A stretch of 64,000 nucleotides of DNA, taken from assembly GCA_963779755.1 (NCBI GenBank), contig CAVZZO010000003.1, positions 1,440,001 to 1,504,000 of the forward strand, written 5' to 3'. The stretch comes from an uncultured Gemmatimonadales bacterium. GTDB taxonomy: Bacteria; Gemmatimonadota; Gemmatimonadetes; Gemmatimonadales; GWC2-71-9. A model generated the notes under the pieces. It did not search any database and had not been told where the DNA came from. It saw only the letters and a list, made by a program, of their open reading frames with translations. This document shows, one piece after another, positions 1 through 8,922 of the stretch; position 1 is the stretch's first letter; the number at the start of each line of letters is the position of its first letter. Position numbers and translations under genes: made by a program.

Positions 1-227
1 GCGAGTGCAACCACCTGCTGCGGTGTAACACCGCTGGTGTCGATCGGATCATGTTCAGACTCATACGCCTCAATCAGGACTGAGAGAAACACCATGCGAT
101 CGTACGCCTCAGTGCGCTCGTCGGGATTGGCATAGGCCAGGGCATCGAGTTCCGCCACGGCGGCCTCGTACTCGCGCTCATCGCGGAGAACGTGGGGGTG
201 GGAAAAATCGAGCATCGCTGTTGACAT
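1..227 (-). CDS. higA: HigA-like antitoxin (runs off window edge)
   Basis: Manual translation MSTAMLDFSHPHVLRDEREYEAAVAELDAL...FLSVLIEAYESEH; lies directly downstream of a HigB-like gene. Confidence 0.8.
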   Translation of the reverse strand, partial: MSTAMLDFSHPHVLRDEREYEAAVAELDALAYANPDERTEAYDRMVFLSVLIEAYESEHDPIDTSGVTPQQVVAL

Positions 228-240
228 GGTGTACCTCGCC

Positions 241-540
241 CTAACGCTGTCGTCGTTTCACTGTCCAGGCGTCGTACCCCTTGTGGTCGAATACGCCCAG
301 GATCAGCACTCGTCCAACAGAATACAGAATGCGAGCCACTATTCTGTACTTCTTGCCACCCAGGTTGAACACCGCCAGTCCGTCGCCCAGGAAGTCGGTC
401 TGCCCAAACACCTTCCTGACATCGTGAGGTGAGGATAGCCGGCTCGTCTTCATCAGCCGAAACCACACCTTTAATGTTTCCTTCGCGCCGGGATGCTCTT
501 TCCAAAAATCTCTGAGCCGTCGCTCTGTGATTACATGCAT
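241..540 (-). CDS. higB: HigB-family mRNA interferase toxin
   Basis: MHVITERRLRDFW...VFNLGGKKYRIV...DHKGYD, typical of HigB. Confidence 0.85.
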   Translation of the reverse strand: MHVITERRLRDFWKEHPGAKETLKVWFRLMKTSRLSSPHDVRKVFGQTDFLGDGLAVFNLGGKKYRIVARILYSVGRVLILGVFDHKGYDAWTVKRRQR

Positions 541-547
541 GGTGGCT

Positions 548-641
548 GTTCCCAATATGGGAACCCAAAGCGAGAAAGTCAATATCGCCGAAGCTGTTTA
601 ATCTCTTGTGTTTACAAAGTTGATGTTCCCACAAAGGGAAC
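548..641 (-). promoter_or_regulatory. higBA promoter with two palindromic operators
   Basis: GTTCCC-N5-GGGAAC at 548-564 and 625-641; TTGACT-N17-CATATT on the minus strand overlaps the first. Confidence 0.6.
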
Positions 642-769
642 CAACAACAGGTCGTTGGTTCTGAGCGCGGGCTCAAGGCCGCGGGACATACCCAAATCTG
701 GGGTCAGCGTGCGCTGATCCAGGGAGCGGAAAAACGCCACAGAGAGTGGAAAGGCGGGACGGGCGCGCG

Positions 770-1310
770 CTGTCACCCTGAGCGATAGCGAAGGGGCCGA
801 AGCCGATCGAAGGGTTCCGGGGCGACCTAACCCCCTGTCCCCCTTCCCTGGCGGGAAGGGGGAACGGTCCCTTGAGATCCGCTGTCATTGCGAGCCCGCG
901 CCAGCGGACGAAGCACCTAACCCCCTGTCCCCCTTCCCTGTTGGGAAGGGGGAACGGGGACATTGAGCATCGCGCGCTGTCACCCTGAGCGATAGCGAAG
1001 GGGCCGAAGCCGATCGATTGATTCCGGCGCGACCTAACCCCCTGTCCCCCTTCCCTGCTGGGAAGGGGGAACGGTCCCTTGAGATCCGCTGTCATTGCGA
1101 GCCCGCGCCAGCGGACGAAGCACCTAACCCCCTGTCCCCCTTCCCTGTTGGGAAGGGGGAACGGGGACATTGAGCATCGCGCGCTGTCACCCTGAGCGAT
1201 AGCGAAGGGGCCGAAGCCGATCGAAGGGTTCCGGCCGCTTCGCTGCGCTCAGCGTGACAGTGCATTTGCAGTCGCCGTCATTGCGAGCCCGCACAGCGGG
1301 GAAGCAATCT
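770..1310. repeat. Mosaic array of REP-like palindromes
   Basis: Four CCTAACCCCCTGTCCCCCTTCCC..GGGAAGGGGG copies (826, 916, 1033, 1123) alternate with GTCACCCTGAGCGATAGCGAAGGG and GTCATTGCGAG units. Confidence 0.9.
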
Positions 1311-1311
1311 C

Positions 1312-1758
1312 CTACCCATTCTTCGAAAGCACGAACCTCCCCGTCGTCCTTACCCCGGTGATGGTGACCCAGTCCCAGGTTCCAACCAGCTTGCTGCCGT
1401 CCCATTCGCCGATCAGGCCCGCATTGTTATCGGCGTTCTGGGGATTTAGCTCGATAGTAACGCTATCGCCATGCGGCATGCCCCTGAAGAAGCCGGTGCC
1501 GATCTGGGGACCAACCTCGGCCATAGTGTCGGCGGCCGGGTACCAATGGAAATCCCAGGACCCGTTGATCTCGTTACCGGGCCCGAGGGTGGGATCGAGG
1601 GTCAGGGTACCCACCACCAGCGGGGCGCCGGCCTCCGAGGTGGCGAGATAGGCATAGGTGCCGGGCCCCATTGCCACCACATCCGGACTCAGCGGCGCCG
1701 GTTTGCCGCCGGAGCAAGCGGCGAGGGAGAGCAGGGCGAGGAGGGCGAGGTGGCGCAT
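1312..1758 (-). CDS. Hypothetical lipoprotein
   Basis: Signal peptide with LAAC lipobox. Confidence 0.75.
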   Translation of the reverse strand: MRHLALLALLSLAACSGGKPAPLSPDVVAMGPGTYAYLATSEAGAPLVVGTLTLDPTLGPGNEINGSWDFHWYPAADTMAEVGPQIGTGFFRGMPHGDSVTIELNPQNADNNAGLIGEWDGSKLVGTWDWVTITGVRTTGRFVLSKNG

Positions 1759-1964
1759 AGGGATGAAGAGAAAAGAGAAAGGAGAAAGGAGAAAAGGTGG
1801 CCCGTGGGGCGGTTTCCTGTACCCCTGAAGACCCGGCCAGGGGCCGGGAGGTCACGAAACCGCGCGCCGGTCATTGCGAGGCCGCGTAGGCGGCCGAAGC
1901 AATCTCCCTGGGCTGCGCCAGGAGCATTACCCCCTGACCCCTCTCCACTGCCACCTGTAGCCCC

Positions 1965-2477
1965 TCAAAACCTCGTCCTCACCCCCACCTGCACCCCGCC
2001 GGCGCCGGGCGCGATAAGCATGCTGGTGCGTGGTGCGGCGTCGGCCGGGACCCAGGCATAGCGTGGAATGGCGGTGCCGATCAGCCCGCCGAGAATCGCA
2101 CCGGCCAGGGTCGAGCCTGCCACCACACGATCGGACGCGAAGTAGAAGTAGTCGCGATCGGCCGCAACCACCGTGAGGCCGGTGAGCAGTCCCACGCCGG
2201 TGCCGACGAGAAAGCCGATAGCCGTTTGGCGTCCCACCTGCCGGCGCAGGTCCACGCCGGCGATGGCACCGGAGGGGATCGCCACGGGCCCGTCGTCGGG
2301 GCCGGCGGCGGTGAGCTGGATGCCCGCGGAGTCGCGGCGGATGAAGACTCCCTCGATTGGCCTGAGTGAGCGGTTCGCCTGGCGCACGCGGATGTGATCG
2401 CCGTACTGCTGGGCGGCGCCGGCATGGGCGATGCCCAGGCAGCAGCCGAGGGCGAGCAGGAAGACGGGAGAGCGCAT
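1965..2477 (-). CDS. Hypothetical exported/membrane protein
   Basis: GAGGAGG RBS, signal peptide MRSPVFLLAL, Gly-rich hydrophobic segments. Confidence 0.7.
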   Translation of the reverse strand: MRSPVFLLALGCCLGIAHAGAAQQYGDHIRVRQANRSLRPIEGVFIRRDSAGIQLTAAGPDDGPVAIPSGAIAGVDLRRQVGRQTAIGFLVGTGVGLLTGLTVVAADRDYFYFASDRVVAGSTLAGAILGGLIGTAIPRYAWVPADAAPRTSMLIAPGAGGVQVGVRTRF

Positions 2478-2590
2478 GGTGTCCTCCTCGGGTTCAGAAG
2501 GCCAGCCGCAGACCCAGGGCGGACCGGCCCTGGATGCTGGTGGCGATGGTCCAAGGAGGGATGGGAGGGTCAAGGGGGAGTCAAGGAGGA

Positions 2591-2840
2591 CGGCAGGGCG
2601 GCAGGACGGCAGGACGGCAGGACGGCAGGACGGCAGGACGGCCCTAAAGGACTTCCTCGCGGCTCTCTATTGGAGGCCGCTCGGTCGCAGGACGGCAGGG
2701 CGGCAGGGCGGCCCTAAAGGACTTCCTCGCGGCTCTCTATTGGAGGCCGCTCGGTCGCAGGACGGCAGGACGGCAGGACGGCCCTAAAGGACTTCCTCGC
2801 GGCTCTCTCTTGGAGGCCGCTCGGTCGCAGGACGGCAGGG
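2591..2840 (+). repeat. GGCAGGAC 8-mer tracts interleaved with three copies of a ~50-bp hairpin unit
   Basis: CCTAAAGGACTTCCTCGCGGCTCTCTATTGGAGGCCGCTCGGTCGC occurs three times; inverted copy near 21385-21485. Confidence 0.85.
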
Positions 2841-2984
2841 AACATTGCTGTCATTGCGAGACCGCGCTAGCGGGCGAAGCAATCCCCATAGGCCGCGCGC
2901 GGAGGCCCGCTACCTAACCCCCTGTCCCCCTTCCCTGGCGGGAAGGGGGAACGGGGACATTGAGCATCGCGAGCTGTCACCGTC

Positions 2985-4238
2985 CTACCGCCCTCGCCGG
3001 ATCTTCCTCCGGTAGCCCTCCGCCACCCTGGACTCGGCGACGCTCATGGCCAGGTGGTACTTCCGGTCCGAGGCGGACCAGCCCTCCTGTTCCTGGCGGA
3101 GCGCTTCGGTTTCCAGGTCCTCGCGCATCTCCTGCAGCGCGGCGTCACCAGGCGCGGCTTGGGCGATACGGGTCGCCATCTCCCGCAGGCAGCGTACCGC
3201 GCCATCGGCGTCACCGCGATCGGCATGGGCCACCGCCTCGGCGCGGGCACGGGCCACCTCGAAGCGCAGGAAGGTATGCTCCACCGTGGGCTCCAGGTGA
3301 TCCTCGCCATCCAGGTTTGCGGCGACGGGAAAGGTCAGCGTGGCCTGCTCGATTCCCTGTTCCGTCACCCGGTCGTAGCGGATCCTGAGGCCGGCCAGTT
3401 GGACCGGCCCCAGCTGCGATACGTCTTCCACGTGCAGCCGGAACGCGAGCGCCAAGGGCGAGGTGGCGTAGAGATCGCCCAGCAGCACCCGCCAGTCGCC
3501 GGCCGCGGTGTGCTCCACCGGATAGTCCTGCAGCAGCGTCATGCCGGATACCCGCCGGTGGGCGGGGTGGATCGTGGCCTCCACATTCTGCGCCGCCAGG
3601 GCCACCAGGCCTTCGATCTCTTCCTCGAAGATCCCGGCCATCTGGTCGGTCGTCTCCACGTACCAGGAGTTCCCCCGGCCGGCCCGGGCCATGGCGGCGA
3701 GGAGATCCTCGTTGAACTGCGGCCCGAAGCCGATGCAGGTGGTGGAGATCCGCTGCTCTGCGGCGCCTCCTGCCATGCCCTCCAGCCGAGCCGGATCGGC
3801 GATGCCGCGGTTGGCCAGCCCGTCGGTGAGCAGGACCACCCGGTTGGTGCCGTCCACCAGCCCGCTGCCGACCAGCCGCTGCCCCATGAGCCAGCCGCCG
3901 GAGAGGTTGGTGCAGCCGCCGGACTGGATGCGCTCGATCGCCTCCAGGGCGGTGGGGCTGCCGCCGGGGAGGGGGCCATAGACCACCGACACATCATCGT
4001 CGAAGGTGACGAGACTCAGGCGGTCGGCCGGGCCCAGGAAGCTCACGAACCGCCGGGCGGCCTCTTTGGCGGCGGCCAGGGGCGCGCCGTCCATGGAGCC
4101 GGAGCGGTCGAGCACCAGGGCCACGTTGATGGGCGGCCGCCGGAGCGGCGACTCGCCGGTGAGGGTGACCAGGACGCCCACCTGATGGGCGTTCTGGGTG
4201 GTGAGGACGCGGGTGGAGAGGCGGATGTCGTGTTTCAT
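2985..4238 (-). CDS. vWA domain protein (YfbK-like)
   Basis: MIDAS motif DRSGSM, TNLSGG, LLTDG. Confidence 0.9.
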   Translation of the reverse strand: MKHDIRLSTRVLTTQNAHQVGVLVTLTGESPLRRPPINVALVLDRSGSMDGAPLAAAKEAARRFVSFLGPADRLSLVTFDDDVSVVYGPLPGGSPTALEAIERIQSGGCTNLSGGWLMGQRLVGSGLVDGTNRVVLLTDGLANRGIADPARLEGMAGGAAEQRISTTCIGFGPQFNEDLLAAMARAGRGNSWYVETTDQMAGIFEEEIEGLVALAAQNVEATIHPAHRRVSGMTLLQDYPVEHTAAGDWRVLLGDLYATSPLALAFRLHVEDVSQLGPVQLAGLRIRYDRVTEQGIEQATLTFPVAANLDGEDHLEPTVEHTFLRFEVARARAEAVAHADRGDADGAVRCLREMATRIAQAAPGDAALQEMREDLETEALRQEQEGWSASDRKYHLAMSVAESRVAEGYRRKIRRGR

Positions 4239-4289
4239 AGAGGCTCCCGGTGTAAGGGGAGCCATTAAGGTGTGGGAGGGGTGGGACAG

Positions 4290-4500
4290 TTGGACCTAAC
4301 CCCCTGTCCCCCTTCCCTGATGGGAAGGGGGAACCGGATCTCATCATCGACTTGTGATTGCGGGCCCGCGCAGCGGGCGAAGCAATCCCCAAGGTGGGCT
4401 GTCACCCTGGGGCCGCGCAGCGGCCGAAGGGGCCGAAGCCGATCGCATGATTCCGGCCGACCTAACCCCCTGTCCCCCTTCCCTGATGGGAAGGGGAAAC
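4290..4500. repeat. REP-like mosaic
   Basis: CCTAACCCCC palindromes at 4295 and 4461 plus ATTGCG..GAAGCAATC and GTCACCCTG units. Confidence 0.85.
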
Positions 4501-4545
4501 CGGGAGAACAGGCCGACGCCTTCGTGGAGACGGGAGCGGGGCGTT

Positions 4546-5208
4546 TTACAGTTCCGCGCCCCAGTGCCGCAGGATGGACCTGCCGAGCGCCTTGTAGTCA
4601 GCGTAGCACGTGAGGTAACCCTCATTGCGCATCCATCCCCTGAATTGCCGCAGGGAACTGAATATCCCATACCAGGTGGTGATCGTTCCCGGGCCCCCGC
4701 GGATGCCAAAACCCAGCACGGCTTCTCGCCCGTCGCTGCTCTGGATCGGGAGGACGGCGCAGGCAGGCACGGCATCCGAATCCATGTCGATCTCTTCCTC
4801 GAAGTAGCGTTTCGCCTGCTTATCCAGATACTCCAGGCGCTGTTGGTCGGTGATTTCCGTCCTGGACGGCAGGCCGGCTGCTTCGATGACCTCCTCATCG
4901 CTCCGCCAGTCGCACAGAAATTCGGGGCGCGACGCGTTGAAGTGCCCGGGCGGGGTCTGGCTGATCGCCTCGCCCAGGCAGTCGTGTTCGCTCTCGTGCT
5001 CTTCGTACCAGCGGGTCAGCTGCTCATACGCCGGACTGGCCTCCGGGAAGGCGGCCAGCTCCGGATCTTCCAGCAGGGTATCTATCCATACCTGGGGCTC
5101 GGCCGGCGGGCGCTGCGGCTCCAGATCCTGCTCCTCGTCATCTTCCCAGCCCGGATGCCAGCGGGACATCGGCGTTCTCCAATTGAAGGTCAAAGAGTGT
5201 TCAAGCAC
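4546..5208 (-). CDS. Hypothetical acidic protein (start uncertain)
   Basis: Protein-like composition; no recognised motif. Confidence 0.6.
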   Translation of the reverse strand: MLEHSLTFNWRTPMSRWHPGWEDDEEQDLEPQRPPAEPQVWIDTLLEDPELAAFPEASPAYEQLTRWYEEHESEHDCLGEAISQTPPGHFNASRPEFLCDWRSDEEVIEAAGLPSRTEITDQQRLEYLDKQAKRYFEEEIDMDSDAVPACAVLPIQSSDGREAVLGFGIRGGPGTITTWYGIFSSLRQFRGWMRNEGYLTCYADYKALGRSILRHWGAEL

Positions 5209-5378
5209 ATCACCGGCCCGGATCAGTGGCTATACCCTGGTGATGCCAGGGGCGGGGCCGAATCCGTTTCCAAGGCCTGGAACAGCTCCGAGCCGCGTTT
5301 GGAACAGGTGCATGGAGAGATCCGGCATGTCCGGGAAGGGCACGAGTCAGAGACCTGGCAGGACAGCGCCGATGAAGC

Positions 5379-5443
5379 CTTCGCGCATGGTTCCGGCTAC
5401 CAGGAGTGGCTGCCGGCCGGCATTGCCACCGTGCGCTCCCCTG
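5379..5443 (+). other. Conserved stem-loop element, copy 1
   Basis: Arms identical to 6447-6510; different but still paired inner stem. Confidence 0.6.
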
Positions 5444-5470
5444 GGGGGCCGTGCCCGCATGGCTCGAGCC

Positions 5471-6316
5471 TCAGTACTCCCTGCTCACCAGCACATCGAG
5501 CCTGACACTTAGAATCTGCGCCGCCCGGCGGACAAGATCGCGTGGGAAGAGGGTTCGCTGGCTCATGACCCCGTGCGGAGTCATTCGGATCCAGCTGCGG
5601 ATTTCCGGGGATACCAGTCGTGAATAGCGGGCGTCGAGTGTCACCCGCCGGCAGTGGCCGCGCCCTTTGAGCCGCCAATCGCCGCCCAGTTCCTGCTCGG
5701 CCCGGACGAAGGCGACGACGACATCCGCGGTCCGCAGGCCGTGAGAGGTGTAGCCACGCTTCGGGCGGTGCCGGATGGGACGCGTCCGGCAAGCAGGCCC
5801 TCCGGCCGGAGGCCCCTGATCCGGGCGCCCGGTGCCGCGCGCAGGGGGGTATCCCGCGAGAGCCCTTCTCCCCAGCAGGCGCCGGCCGCGGGAGCGATAG
5901 AGCAGATCGAGGTTGAGCAGTGTCACCTCGTTCCAGCCGGTTCGCTCCTGCCCCGATTGCTGCTGCACGGCAAGGGAGCGGAGATAACAGGTCTCCGCGT
6001 CCTCCTGATTTCCCATACAGTGATGGGTGTAGCCGAGCCGGTCCCAGGCGAATGCAACCCGCCGCTCGGCGCCAAGGGATGAGGTATAGAGGCACATGGC
6101 GGCATGAAAGCAGCGCCGGGCCACAAAGAAGTTGGGGGAGCCGGAGCGGATTTGAGCGATGCCCACCGCCATGAGGCGCTCGGCCCGGCGGAACTCGCGC
6201 TCCCGGCCATCGCGAATCTCCCCGCCACGAGGCGGGCCGTTCCACGAGGTGATGACCTCGCCATCCGGGCGGCGGTGGGCGGGCGCAGCAAAGATTTCGG
6301 GCACCTGTTCACTCAT
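5471..6316 (-). CDS. Hypothetical protein with TPR-like segment
   Basis: WDRLGYTHHCMGNQEDAETCYLRSLAV resembles a TPR. Confidence 0.55.
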   Translation of the reverse strand: MSEQVPEIFAAPAHRRPDGEVITSWNGPPRGGEIRDGREREFRRAERLMAVGIAQIRSGSPNFFVARRCFHAAMCLYTSSLGAERRVAFAWDRLGYTHHCMGNQEDAETCYLRSLAVQQQSGQERTGWNEVTLLNLDLLYRSRGRRLLGRRALAGYPPARGTGRPDQGPPAGGPACRTRPIRHRPKRGYTSHGLRTADVVVAFVRAEQELGGDWRLKGRGHCRRVTLDARYSRLVSPEIRSWIRMTPHGVMSQRTLFPRDLVRRAAQILSVRLDVLVSREY

Positions 6317-6446
6317 GGTGCCACCCCTGGGCCGGCATGAGCGCGGCCACGGCATGAGACTCCCTGCCTAACGGGGCTGGTAGGGTGAACGCAGGGGAAA
6401 CGGTATCTGGATCTTCCGGCATGGCCCGACCCTTTCGAAGATGGTT

Positions 6447-6510
6447 CTTCGCGCATGGTTCCGGCCTCCCGGGAGGAGGCCGGCCGGCATTGCCACCGTG
6501 CGCTCCCCTG
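6447..6510 (+). other. Conserved stem-loop element, copy 2
   Basis: See 5379-5443. Confidence 0.6.
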
Positions 6511-6799
6511 CAGGGACCAGGGCGACGGTTGGCGGACGGGTCAGCGAGCCGGTGCTCTCGCCGTCCTCTTCATGGCTCCCGGCAGATTATGGCCGGGGTG
6601 TGACAGTTCTGCAAAGCAAAGCGGCCCGCGCATATCATCGCGGGCCGCCGGCCGCGACTTAGATGGATGTTACCGGATTGCTCCGGCCGCGCGGCCCATC
6701 AAATCGGGGAAAGCACCGCACGTGGATAAAAGGATTTAGCTCGCGGTGGACTCTGGCGCAACCCTGGGTGGCAGGACGGAGCGTCAGGCTAAGGGCTAT

Positions 6800-7770
6800 C
6801 ATTGCGAGGCGCCGCAGCGGGCGAGGCAATCTACCCGAGGTGCGCACGCTGTCACCCTGAGGCCGCGCAGCGGCCGAAGGGACCGAAGCCAATCGCATGA
6901 TTCCGGCCGACCTAACCCCCTGTCCCCCTTCCCTGCCGGGAAGGGGGAACCGGGACCGTGAGATCCGGCCTGCTCGCGCCTGCCGTCTTGCCTGACCTAA
7001 CCCCCTGTCCCCCTTCCCTGCCGGGAAGGGGGAACCGGGACCGTGAGATCCGGCCTGCTCGCGCCTGCCGTCTTGCCTGACCTAACCCCCTGTCCCCCTT
7101 CCCTGTCGGGAAGGGGGAACCGGGACCGTGAGATCCGGCCTGCTCGCGCCTGCCGTCTTGCCTGACCTAACCCCCTGTCCCCCTTCCCTGTCGGGAAGGG
7201 GGAACGGTTTCTTGAGATCCGCTGTCATCGCGAGGCGGCGCAGCCGCCGAGGCAATCTCCCGAGGTGCGCACGCTGTCACCCTGAGGCCGCGCAGCGGCC
7301 GAAGGGACCGAAGCCAATCGCATGATTCCGGCCGACCTAACCCCCTGTCCCCCTTCCCTGTCGGGAAGGGGGAACGGTTTCTTGAGATCCGCTGTCATCG
7401 CGAGGCGGCGCAGCCGCCGAGGCAATCTCCCGAGGTGCGCACGCTGTCACCCTGAGGCCGCGCAGCGGCCGAAGGGACCGAAGCCAATCGCATGATTCCG
7501 GCCGACCTAACCCCCTGTCCCCCTTCCCTGCCGGGAAGGGGGAACCGGGACCGTGAGATCCGGCCTGCTCGCGAGGCGGCGCAGCCGCCGAGGCAATCTC
7601 CCGAGGTGCGCACGCTGTCACCCTGAGGCCGCGCAGCGGCCGAAGGGGCCGAAGCCGATCGCATGATTCCGGCTGACCTAACCCCTGTCCCCCTTCCCTG
7701 ATGGGAAGGGGGAATGGTCCCTTGAGATCCGCTGTCATTGCGAGGCGGCGCCAGCGGCCGAAGCAATCCC
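6800..7770. repeat. Large tandem mosaic of REP-like palindromes
   Basis: CCTAACCCC palindromes at 6911, 6996, 7081, 7166 (85-bp period), then 7336, 7506, 7677 (about 170-bp period). Confidence 0.92.
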
Positions 7771-7961
7771 CATGCTACCGGCTGGGAGTTACGCCACCGC
7801 TCACTGCTCACCGTCCTCCCTTTCCCCTGTCCCCGCTCCACTTGGTGGAGAAGGGGAAGGACGATTCGTCGCGCGTTTTTTTGATACCAAATTGGACAGC
7901 GGGCGGCCGCAGATTGGGCCATGGTCCACCCTTGCGCGCCTTTCGCCGAGGCATCAATCAT

Positions 7962-8510
7962 ATGGGCATGGCTTCACCGGCATATTACAGCGCGGAAATG
8001 GTCCGGGCACTGCCCGAGGACGGCAACAAGTACGAGGTCGTCCACGGGGAGTTGCTGGTGACCCCGTCGCCGCGACCACTCCACGAGCTGGTCCAGAACC
8101 GACTGCTGCTGGTGCTGGGCACCTACCTCGAGCGGGAGGACGTCGGCGTCCTCCTCGGCCCCAAAGGTGACATCTCCTGGGGGCCGGACATTCTGGTCCA
8201 GCCCGATCTGTTCGTCGTCCCCAAGCCGGAGTTCCGCACGCTCACCTGGGAGGGGATGAAGACGCTGCTCCTCGCGGTCGAGGTCCTGAGCCCTTCCACC
8301 GCACGCTATGACCGGTTCACCAAGCGCAGGCTGTTTCAGGAAGTGGGTGTGCCCCTCTACTGGATCGTGGATCCGGACGGGGGCCAGGTGGAAATCTGGA
8401 CCCCGGAGGCAACGTTCCCCGTGATCGAGCGGGAACGGCTGCGCTGGATGCCGGAGGGGGCAGAGATGCCGTGCGAGGTGGAGCTGGGATGGGTGTTTCG
8501 GGCGGTGTGA
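7962..8510 (+). CDS. Uma2 (DUF820) family endonuclease
   Basis: YEVVHGEL..PSP...H, VQPD, VEVLSPST..D...K...YWIVDP. Confidence 0.92.
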   Translation: MGMASPAYYSAEMVRALPEDGNKYEVVHGELLVTPSPRPLHELVQNRLLLVLGTYLEREDVGVLLGPKGDISWGPDILVQPDLFVVPKPEFRTLTWEGMKTLLLAVEVLSPSTARYDRFTKRRLFQEVGVPLYWIVDPDGGQVEIWTPEATFPVIERERLRWMPEGAEMPCEVELGWVFRAV

Positions 8511-8549
8511 CGGCAGGCCGGGGCAGGCCGGGGCGGGACAGAATGTCGC

Positions 8550-8920
8550 GCGCTGTCACCCTGTGCGAGAGCGAAGGGGTCGAAGCCCGACCTAGCACTC
8601 TGTCATTGCGAGGCGGCCGCAGGCGCCGAAGTACCTAACCCCCTGTCCCCCTTCCCTATTGGGAAGGGGGGACCGGGCCTTGAGGTTCGATTGTCGTGGA
8701 GCCTTCCCGCGCTGTCATTGCGAGGCGGCCGCAGGCGCCGAAGTACCTAACCCCCTGTCCCCCTTCCCTATTGGGAAGGGGGGACCGGGCCTTGAGGTAT
8801 GCGGTCATTGCGAGGCAGCGCAGCCGCCGGGTGAAAGAGGTGGGGGCGAGGGAGTTCAGGTTGGGGGCTTCTCGCTGAACCGATTGTCACCCTGAGCGAT
8901 AGCGAAGGGACCGAAGCCGT
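8550..8920. repeat. REP-like mosaic
   Basis: Palindromes at 8634 and 8746 with GTCATTGCGAG and GTCACCCTG units. Confidence 0.85.
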
Positions 8921-8922
8921 CC

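Noticed and set aside
673..1170. ORFs over repeat arrays (also 7128-7961 and 2366-2787)
   Set aside because: They are translations of palindromic or tandem repeats (PFPLP.REGGQG, GRTAGRQD) with no sign of real coding.
6800..7770. Regular 85/170-bp repeats as a CRISPR array
   Set aside because: The intervening sequences are themselves repeated rather than unique spacers, and the same units are dispersed as REP-like elements.
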